A stretch of DNA of 33,312 nt from Minisyncoccota bacterium (lineage in GTDB: Bacteria > Patescibacteriota > Minisyncoccia > Phycocordibacterales > CALRHW01), in NCBI GenBank assembly GCA_046350795.1, contig JAXLZT010000001.1:146468-179779 (forward strand), in the 5' to 3' direction. This document shows positions 7,394 through 13,642 of the stretch, in pieces. Under the pieces are notes generated by a model, which made no database searches, was not told where the DNA came from, and saw only the letters and a program-made list of their open reading frames with translations. The position numbers and the translations under genes were made by a program. Positions within the stretch are counted from its first letter, which is position 1. Every line of letters starts with the position of its first letter.

Positions 7394-7457
7394 TTTTGGG
7401 GAAAATATTTTGCGACGTTATCCTTTTTATAATATCACAACAGATGGGAGATTAAAC

Positions 7458-7488
7458 AAATCACTTGACAAAAAATGTGGGTGTGCTA
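7458..7488 (+). repeat. 31-nt direct repeat, copy 1 (promoter cassette)
   Basis: AAATCACTTGACAAAAAATGTGGGTGTGCTA, identical to 7881-7911. Confidence 0.95.
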
Positions 7489-7492
7489 CAAT
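7465..7492 (+). promoter_or_regulatory. Promoter of RNA C
   Basis: TTGACA (7465-7470), 16-nt spacer, TGcTACAAT (-10 at 7487-7492). Confidence 0.7.
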
Positions 7493-7498
7493 TCTATT

Positions 7499-7864
7499 TA
7501 GCAAGTTCCAGATATAGCACATCCAAGCGAAAGCTTGAGGCCACATCCATCCTGAACAATAATGGGATAGCTGGCTTTGGATAATTCCACAGGGAATTGA
7601 GTGTGCTGTATCGAGTCAATGGCATAGGCACAAGCGACCAAGCCCACCTAGGGGGCAAAGAAGTTGTGTGCCAGAGTCAAATACTCAGGTGCTTGCGGTC
7701 GCTGAAATGCGACCCTAGGGTTCTCAAAAATTGAGCCTCTAGAAAAAGAGTACCGTGCAGTAAAAAGATGATCGGGACGGCCTTCGTCCAAGGTGATGCC
7801 ACCCCACCTTTTAGGGTCGGCACAGGAATGAGAAGCTGCGTCCAACGGCTTCTCTTTTTCTTTT
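7499..7864 (+). ncRNA. Unclassified ~365-nt structured non-coding transcript candidate (RNA C)
   Basis: Consensus promoter and terminator. GC-rich with many local helices, e.g. CAAGC-GAAA-GCTTG (7524-7537) and GGTCGC-TGAAAT-GCGACC (7697-7714). No ORF respects the unit boundaries. Confidence 0.6.
7830..7864 (+). terminator. Intrinsic terminator of RNA C
   Basis: gagaagc / gcttctc stem (7830-7836 and 7848-7854) followed by tttttctttt. Confidence 0.75.
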
Positions 7865-7880
7865 ATATAAACAACCCACT

Positions 7881-7911
7881 AAATCACTTGACAAAAAATG
7901 TGGGTGTGCTA
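7881..7911 (+). repeat. 31-nt direct repeat, copy 2 (promoter cassette)
   Basis: Identical to 7458-7488; the two copies are 423 bp apart in the same orientation. Confidence 0.95.
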
Positions 7912-7915
7912 TACT
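7888..7915 (+). promoter_or_regulatory. Promoter of RNA D
   Basis: TTGACA (7888-7893), 16-nt spacer, TGcTATACT (-10 at 7910-7915). Confidence 0.7.
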
Positions 7916-7921
7916 CTTATA

Positions 7922-8152
7922 CGGATCGGTATACGGTATCCTTCTCTCCTGGCCCAGTATTGGGCCAGCAAGTGAGTAAAAGTAGAGAGAAGGAGAAGGA
8001 TCCTACCAGTACCAACGGACGGAGCCTTGAGCGCAGGCACTGAAGTCCGTGGGTGCAAAAGGACCCAAGAGATTGGAAGTTGGCCGTATGCTCATCAGGG
8101 CCACACCAACCTCGACCCCCCTCTGTCGTGACGACGACACGAGGGGGTTTTT
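7922..8152 (+). ncRNA. Unclassified ~230-nt structured non-coding transcript candidate (RNA D)
   Basis: Consensus promoter and strong terminator. Perfect hairpin CTGGCCCA-GTAT-TGGGCCAG (7949-7968) nested inside pairing of GGTATCCTTCTC with GAGAAGGATCCTACC; ACGGAC/GTCCGT helix near 8012-8050. Confidence 0.6.
8116..8152 (+). terminator. Intrinsic terminator of RNA D
   Basis: CCCCCTC...GAGGGGG outer stem extended by GTCGT/ACGAC, followed by TTTTT. Confidence 0.8.
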
Positions 8153-8181
8153 CATATAAAAATACTAATCTCCCTAAATCC

Positions 8182-8210
8182 TTGCAAAAATAGACTATTT
8201 ATGATAATTT
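8182..8210 (+). promoter_or_regulatory. rpsO promoter
   Basis: TTGCAA (8182-8187), 17-nt spacer, TGaTAATTT (-10 at 8205-8210). The ATG lies 9 nt after the -10, so there is almost no leader. Confidence 0.5.
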
Positions 8211-8219
8211 AGACCCACA

Positions 8220-8492
8220 ATGCTTTCAAAAACAAAGAAACAAAAAATCATAGCGGAAACAAAAATCCACGATGTAGACACTGGTTCTCCAGAGGTTCAG
8301 ATCGCGCTTTTGTCTAAGAGAATAGAGGATTTGGCTGCTCACCTTAAAAAGAACACAAAAGATACTCATTCTCGACGTGGACTTCTACAAATGGTGGCTG
8401 ACAGACAAACTCAAATGAAGTATCTTCAGAAAAAGAGCACAAAAAGATTCAACGCTCTAATGAAGAAGCTTGAAATGAAGAAAAAGGCTTAA
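8220..8492 (+). CDS. rpsO: 30S ribosomal protein S15
   Basis: 90 aa with DTGSPEVQIALLSKRIEDLAAHLKKNTKDTHSRRGLLQMVADRQ. Confidence 0.95.
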   Translation: MLSKTKKQKIIAETKIHDVDTGSPEVQIALLSKRIEDLAAHLKKNTKDTHSRRGLLQMVADRQTQMKYLQKKSTKRFNALMKKLEMKKKA

Positions 8493-8500
8493 GTTTTTGA

Positions 8501-8530
8501 AAAAGCGACCAAAATGGTTGCTTTTTCGTT
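8501..8530 (+). terminator. rpsO terminator
   Basis: aaaagcgacc-aaaat-ggttgctttt stem (one G.U pair) followed by a T-run. Confidence 0.65.
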
Positions 8531-8607
8531 CTTTGAAATCATTATTTGAAATCATTTTTATAAACGCGCGGTTTTATTTTAATAAGAGTTTTTAATTTTT
8601 AATATTC

Positions 8608-9192
8608 ATGACAGTAATCAAACACAAAAACCAAAGAGTTGGTATTTTTATAGACACACAAAATCTATATCACAGTGCAAAAAATTTATACAAATCTAGA
8701 GTAAATTTTGGACAAGTAGTAAAAGATGCTCTTGCGGGACGACAGCTCATACGCGCAGTCGCATACGTCATCACCACAGAAAGTGGGGAAGAGAAGGGTT
8801 TCTTTGAAGCGCTTGAAAAAGTTGGCATAGAAACAAAAACAAAAAATCTGCAAATATTTTCTGGCGGAGCAAAAAAAGCTGACTGGGATGTGGGCCTAGC
8901 GGTAGACGCTATCCAACTCGCACCAAAGCTAGACACTGTAATAATAGTTTCAGGTGACGGAGATTTTATTCCACTACTAGAATACTTGAGAATCAATGAA
9001 GGATGCCAAGTTGAGGTTGTTGCTTTTGGAAAATCATCATCATCAAAACTCATAGAGGTTGCGGATGATTTCATTGACCTAGACGAAAATCCGAGAAAAT
9101 ATTTAATGAACTTTGGACGACCAACAAACAAAAATTCTCAAAACAGAAATACGTCTCTAAGCGAAGCAATAAGTGAACATCTAGAGGAGTAG
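8608..9192 (+). CDS. NYN-domain (LabA/DUF88-like, PIN-fold) protein
   Basis: VGIFIDTQNLY...AVAYV...ADWDVGLAVDA...IVSGDGDFIPLLEYL...VEVVAF. Confidence 0.85.
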   Translation: MTVIKHKNQRVGIFIDTQNLYHSAKNLYKSRVNFGQVVKDALAGRQLIRAVAYVITTESGEEKGFFEALEKVGIETKTKNLQIFSGGAKKADWDVGLAVDAIQLAPKLDTVIIVSGDGDFIPLLEYLRINEGCQVEVVAFGKSSSSKLIEVADDFIDLDENPRKYLMNFGRPTNKNSQNRNTSLSEAISEHLEE

Positions 9193-9228
9193 GAGCGTAA
9201 TATAATTTCCGTTATAATTACGTAGAAT

Positions 9229-10164
9229 ATGGAACCAGAAAAACCTACCCCAAACAAAGAAGAAGTGGGTGCGATACTCAAACCACTGCGCACATACGAG
9301 CGAGATATCGCAGATATGATTCGTGCGCACCAAACCTCTGAGGTTGCTGTAAATTTGGCAAAACAAAAAAAGGAAGAGCAGAAACCAGAAATAAAAATAG
9401 CGGAAGAAAAAAAGAAGTTTGTTTTATCTACACCAAAAGATCGCGTAAATCACAACAAGCTCTACACAAGACTCAGTATTTTATTTATTTTTGTCGGCAT
9501 AACAATGCTAGTCGCAATTTATTTTATAAAATCATCCGAGCCAAAAATAAAAATACCAGAACCGGTCATTAATACTTTTATACCAAACAAAGAAGAGCGT
9601 GTACTGGCATTAGAAAAAATTTCTCAAACACAGATTGCGGAAAATTTTTCTGCGCTTTTAAAAGAAGCTTTACCTGATGACTCCATCACTTATATAAAAA
9701 TAACAATGAAAGGAGCAAGCTCTACAATCGATGCTGACCCAGAAACTTTTTTCAAAAGTGGATTCAAAAATATTCCTGCGTCACTGACACGATCTTTTGA
9801 TAAAAAAATGTTTTCTGGAATATATACAAGAGAAATAAACCATCCATTTTTTATCGTGCAGATAGATTCTTTTGATAAAGCATTTGAAGGAATGCTGGCT
9901 TGGGAAAAAAATATGTATACAGACATAAAACCTTTTTGGAAAGGAAACTCTACAAACAATGAGTCTGAAATAATCACCCAACCACTTGAAAACTTTGACG
10001 ACCTTATATTACAAAATAAAGATACTCGGGTGCTAAAAAATAATCAGGGAGAAACTTTGATCATATATTCTTTCATTGATCAAAAAACTCTTTTTATAGT
10101 AGACAGTGAAATCACTTTTAAAGAGGTTCTGAATAGATTTACCACATCAAAGTTTATACGTTAG
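9229..10164 (+). CDS. Hypothetical single-pass membrane protein
   Basis: 311 aa with an N-terminal LRTYERDIADMI motif, a Lys/Glu-rich linker, one TM (LSILFIFVGITMLVAIYFI) and an extracytoplasmic domain with no family I recognise. Confidence 0.75.
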   Translation: MEPEKPTPNKEEVGAILKPLRTYERDIADMIRAHQTSEVAVNLAKQKKEEQKPEIKIAEEKKKFVLSTPKDRVNHNKLYTRLSILFIFVGITMLVAIYFIKSSEPKIKIPEPVINTFIPNKEERVLALEKISQTQIAENFSALLKEALPDDSITYIKITMKGASSTIDADPETFFKSGFKNIPASLTRSFDKKMFSGIYTREINHPFFIVQIDSFDKAFEGMLAWEKNMYTDIKPFWKGNSTNNESEIITQPLENFDDLILQNKDTRVLKNNQGETLIIYSFIDQKTLFIVDSEITFKEVLNRFTTSKFIR

Positions 10165-10191
10165 CCACAATATTTTAGAGTAGCCAAAGAG

Positions 10192-10219
10192 TTGCGATAG
10201 GTGAGTATTCTGTTATCAT
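10192..10219 (+). promoter_or_regulatory. Promoter of the dksA/traR-like gene (leaderless arrangement)
   Basis: TTGCGA (10192-10197), 16-nt spacer, TGtTATCAT (-10 at 10214-10219). The ATG at 10227 lies 7 nt downstream. Confidence 0.5.
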
Positions 10220-10226
10220 TCTAATC

Positions 10227-10586
10227 ATGATAGATACAAATAAATTTAAAGAGAGTCTTTTAAAAGAGTTGGAGCTAGTAGAAAGTGAGCTAAAAACAGT
10301 GGGTGTACACGATCCAGAAAATCCTAGTGATTGGGAGGCGGTACCACCACCAGCATCAGATGTGCTCGGTGGAGATGAGCATGAGGCTGCCGACAGAATG
10401 GAAACTTATGAAGAAAATGCTGGCATCGTAAAACAACTAGAAATAAGATACAACGAGATAAGAAAGGCTTTGAAAAAAATAGAAGATGGTACATATGGTG
10501 TGTGTGAGGTGAGTGGTGAGCCTATAGAAGTAGAAAGATTGGAGGCAAATCCAGCGGCTACAACTTGTATGAAACACATGAAGTAA
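10227..10586 (+). CDS. DksA/TraR-family protein with degenerate zinc finger
   Basis: C-terminal GTYGVCEVSGEPIEVERLEANPAATTCMKH aligns with the DksA CxxC-N17-CxxC motif, but as CxxS...CxxH. Confidence 0.8.
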   Translation: MIDTNKFKESLLKELELVESELKTVGVHDPENPSDWEAVPPPASDVLGGDEHEAADRMETYEENAGIVKQLEIRYNEIRKALKKIEDGTYGVCEVSGEPIEVERLEANPAATTCMKHMK

Positions 10587-10612
10587 GTTTCACGAAACAG
10601 ATCTAGGAAAAG

Positions 10613-10710
10613 AAAAACATCATTTGAAAAGACTCGCGCAGGCGCGACGGCGCCGAGCGAAGCAGCAATCCAGAGCAGGGATTGACGCGTGCTTTTCAAA
10701 TGATGTTTTT
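10613..10710 (+). other. 98-nt long-stem GC-cored hairpin (complex terminator or small structured RNA)
   Basis: 19 contiguous base pairs, AAAAACATCATTTGAAAAG (10613-10631) with CTTTTCAAATGATGTTTTT (10692-10710), extended by CGCG/CGCG. It encloses two GC-rich hairpins, GGCGC-GACG-GCGCC (10641-10654) and CAATCC-AGAGCAG-GGATTG (10666-10684). Confidence 0.6.
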
Positions 10711-10767
10711 CGTTGCTTAACTTTAAGACCTTAGGGTTTCTTTAGCGTTTCTTTATCCCCGATATGA

Positions 10768-10797
10768 TTGAATACTCAGATTAGTAACAGTTATCAT
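10768..10797 (+). promoter_or_regulatory. Putative comM promoter (leaderless arrangement)
   Basis: TTGAAT (10768-10773), 17-18 nt spacer, TTATCAT. The ATG at 10803 lies 5-6 nt after the -10. Confidence 0.4.
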
Positions 10798-10802
10798 GTT
10801 TC

Positions 10803-12326
10803 ATGAGCTTTTCAAAACTTCATAGCGCGCAAGTCACACTACTACAGGCACACATCATAGATATAGAGGTTGATATCGCCAACGGTCTTCATTCTTTTAC
10901 AATAGTGGGTTTGCCAGATAAAGCTGTGGAAGAATCTCGTGACAGAGTATCTGCTGCTATAAAAAATTCAGGATATAAATCACCCAAACAAAAAAATCAA
11001 AAAGTAACCATTTCACTTGCCCCAGCTGATCTAAAAAAAGAAGGGCCGGCATTTGATCTGCCTATTGCTTTAGCATATCTCTTATCATCAAGAGAGATAT
11101 TTTTTAATCCTGCAAATAAAATTTTTATCGGTGAGCTATCACTTGACGGTGAGCTCCGAGCGGTACAAGGCATCTTGCTACTTGTAAAAGAAGCGAAAGA
11201 AAAAGGATTCAAGGATGTTTTCATACCATATGAAAACAAACAAGAAGCAGCTGTTATTTCGGGTATAAATATTTTTGCTGTAAAAAAACTTTCACAAATA
11301 ATATCTCATTTGGAAAATAAAAATATTATAACTCCCGAGTCGACAACAAAAATAAATTACGAAAAATATTTAAATGATTATTCTTTTGAAGATGTGCGTG
11401 GACAAGAGGGAGCAAAGCGTGGATTAGAAATAGCGGCGGCTGGCGGACACAGTATCGCAATGTCTGGACCACCAGGCACCGGCAAAACAATGTTAGCAAA
11501 AGCTTTTTGTCATCTACTTCCTAAAATGTCTTTTGACGAAATACTTGAGGTCACTGCAATACATTCTGTCGCTGGCACACTGAAAGGCACACTCATAACG
11601 AGCGCTCCTTTTCGAGCACCACACCATACCGCATCATACACATCACTGGTCGGAGGTGGTGCTGTACCAAAACCAGGCGAAATTACACTTGCACACAGGG
11701 GCGTACTTTTTTTAGACGAATTCCCAGAATTTGATAGAAGGGTGATCGACTCTCTGCGTCAGCCACTGGAAGAAAAAGTAATCACTGTATCAAGAGCAAA
11801 AGGTACAGCGCATTTTCCTGCAGATTTTATTTTAATCACAGCAATGAATCCTTGTCCGTGCGGATATCATGGCGTAAAAGGGAAGGAGTGTGTTTGCTCA
11901 CCAATCAATCTAACGCGTTACCGACAAAAAATTTCTGGACCAATAGTCGATAGGATTGATCTGTGGATCAATGTAGAGATCGTTGATCACAAAAGCCTTG
12001 GAGAAAAAAACCAATCAGAAAACTCAAGCGATATAAAAAATCGTGTGGAGCGAGCCAGAAAAATACAGATCGATCGTTTCAAAAAACACAGACTGAATAT
12101 AAAAACAAATTCACAAATACAAAGCAAAAAAATAATAGACGTTGCACCACTTTCAAAAGAAGTAAGCAACATACTAAATATGTCCGCAAAAAAACTAGAT
12201 ATTTCTGCGCGCGCATATCATCGAGTGTGGAGAGTGGCGCGCACCATCGCCGACCTAGATAATGCAAAAGAAATAGAAACAAAGCACATACTAGAAGCCC
12301 TACAATACCGTCCAAAAAAAATCTAA
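10803..12326 (+). CDS. comM: YifB/ComM family Mg-chelatase-like AAA+ ATPase
   Basis: 507 aa with an N-terminal Lon-protease-like domain, Walker A GPPGTGKT, Walker B LFLDEFPEF and a ChlI-type C-terminus (YHRVWRVARTIADLD). Confidence 0.92.
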   Translation: MSFSKLHSAQVTLLQAHIIDIEVDIANGLHSFTIVGLPDKAVEESRDRVSAAIKNSGYKSPKQKNQKVTISLAPADLKKEGPAFDLPIALAYLLSSREIFFNPANKIFIGELSLDGELRAVQGILLLVKEAKEKGFKDVFIPYENKQEAAVISGINIFAVKKLSQIISHLENKNIITPESTTKINYEKYLNDYSFEDVRGQEGAKRGLEIAAAGGHSIAMSGPPGTGKTMLAKAFCHLLPKMSFDEILEVTAIHSVAGTLKGTLITSAPFRAPHHTASYTSLVGGGAVPKPGEITLAHRGVLFLDEFPEFDRRVIDSLRQPLEEKVITVSRAKGTAHFPADFILITAMNPCPCGYHGVKGKECVCSPINLTRYRQKISGPIVDRIDLWINVEIVDHKSLGEKNQSENSSDIKNRVERARKIQIDRFKKHRLNIKTNSQIQSKKIIDVAPLSKEVSNILNMSAKKLDISARAYHRVWRVARTIADLDNAKEIETKHILEALQYRPKKI

Positions 12327-12345
12327 AGTTAAATTTAGCGAAACA

Positions 12346-13530
12346 CTAGAAAGGATTTACCGCTCCTCTAATTTCAAAATGAACATGAGGACCAGTAGAT
12401 TTTCCAGTAGATCCGAGATTACCAATCATCTGACCTTTTTTAACACGTTGTCCAACATATACAATAGTGCGTGACATATGAGCATACAGTGTTTGTGTAC
12501 CGTTATCGTGAGCTATTACAACATATGTACCATAACCTCCATTCCAACCAGTATTTTTACTTACTATTACGACACCGTCAGCCGCAGCCATTAGGGTAGA
12601 GCCAAGCGGAGCAGCTAAATCTACACCGTTATATCCGTGGATACCTTGTGTCTTTCTATAGCTAGCAAGCGGACTTGAATAATAACCATCTGGAACGGAA
12701 CGCATAGGTAAAGGATTTTTTGGAGCTCCATATGAAGAAGGAGGAACTGTCTTTGAGTATGGGTTTACTTTTGTCTGAACAGGAGCCATTTCTCCATCTG
12801 GAACTATAACCTCGTCACCAACAGCCAACTTACCATCAGAAGGAATGTCATTAAACTGCCTTATTTCGTCCACGTCACTTTTATACTTTTTAGCAATACT
12901 TTCAACTGTGTCTCCGGATTTTACTATATGCTTTACACCAGAAATAGGGAGAATAACGAGTGTTTGGCCTACAGATATAGTTCCTCCAGGTAAATCATTG
13001 GCCCAAACAATAGTATTTGTTGTCACACCAAACATTCTTGCTATCTGACCCAAAGTGTCGCCCTTTCGAACAACATACAAGCTAATCTGACCAGGAAGGA
13101 CATCCTCCCCAATACTTCCGATAGCATTCAACTCAGGCATGATAGCGCTATCATCAACTATACTGACCTCACCTCCACCCACAGACGGATTTAAACTAAG
13201 TGGAGCCTGCAAAAGAGGCATAGTCTGAGAGTTGTGTCCGCGTGCAGAAAACTCCTCAGAATTTGAACCGAAAATATTTGAAAAAGCACTAAAAAAGCCA
13301 GCATGAGCTGACGGTGGTGCAATAAAACTAAGCAAAAGCAATACAAGCTCGGCTGTCAAAATGACTCCGAAAACACTCTTTATGGCCTTAATCTTGGGTT
13401 TTTGGATAACAATATCTAAAACGCCAGAGATAAGATTGTATAACAGATGTAAAATAAGCCTAAGATTAATGATAATTTCGTCCTGAATTGGAAATATGGC
13501 TATAATTAGCCATATATTTATATCGGCCAT
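12346..13530 (-). CDS. Secreted LysM-repeat / M23 family peptidoglycan endopeptidase
   Basis: LysM-like repeats (YVVRKGDTLGQIARMFG, HIVKSGDTVESIAKKY) and an M23 core (HGYNGVDLAAP...YAHMS...GSTGKSTGPHVHFEI). Start set at MADIN because a TTGACG-N16-TATAAT promoter lies inside the longer tracked ORF. Confidence 0.85.
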   Translation of the reverse strand: MADINIWLIIAIFPIQDEIIINLRLILHLLYNLISGVLDIVIQKPKIKAIKSVFGVILTAELVLLLLSFIAPPSAHAGFFSAFSNIFGSNSEEFSARGHNSQTMPLLQAPLSLNPSVGGGEVSIVDDSAIMPELNAIGSIGEDVLPGQISLYVVRKGDTLGQIARMFGVTTNTIVWANDLPGGTISVGQTLVILPISGVKHIVKSGDTVESIAKKYKSDVDEIRQFNDIPSDGKLAVGDEVIVPDGEMAPVQTKVNPYSKTVPPSSYGAPKNPLPMRSVPDGYYSSPLASYRKTQGIHGYNGVDLAAPLGSTLMAAADGVVIVSKNTGWNGGYGTYVVIAHDNGTQTLYAHMSRTIVYVGQRVKKGQMIGNLGSTGKSTGPHVHFEIRGAVNPF

Positions 13531-13549
13531 TCTTTCTGGGTATCTAATT

Positions 13550-13577
13550 ATTATACAAGCGGGGGTTGGCACGTCAA
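13550..13577 (-). promoter_or_regulatory. Promoter of the LysM-M23 peptidase gene
   Basis: On the minus strand: TTGACG (13572-13577 on the + strand), 16-nt spacer, TATAAT (13550-13555). Confidence 0.55.
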
Positions 13578-13642
13578 CTCATATGTGCATAGCCTGTGGA
13601 AACCATTTGTCATGATATAGTAGGTCATCAGCCAATAAATAA

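Noticed and set aside
7499-7864. RNA C as RNase P RNA or tmRNA
   Set aside because: The GAAAGC stretch is the loop of a perfect CAAGC-GAAA-GCTTG hairpin, not a P4 strand. There is no ACAGAA..GGCUUA, no tRNA-like T-arm or ACCA end, and no tag ORF ending in Ala-Ala-stop. RNA C is left unclassified rather than named.
7768-8043. 91-aa plus-strand ORF (and the 7648-7845 minus-strand ORF) in the RNA C/D region
   Set aside because: The plus ORF spans the RNA C terminator, the second promoter cassette and part of RNA D. Both ORFs are by-products of GC-rich non-coding sequence.
10640-10668. Calling the 10613-10710 hairpin an SRP (4.5S) RNA outright
   Set aside because: GAAGCAGC is present, but it is separated from any GNRA-type loop by extra nucleotides, and the conserved symmetric and asymmetric loop geometry could not be built by hand. 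It is kept as a hypothesis only.
13531-13572. Longer start (MPTPACIII...) for the LysM-M23 peptidase
   Set aside because: A strong TTGACG-N16-TATAAT promoter lies inside this extension, so the ATG at 13530 is the first one downstream of the predicted TSS.
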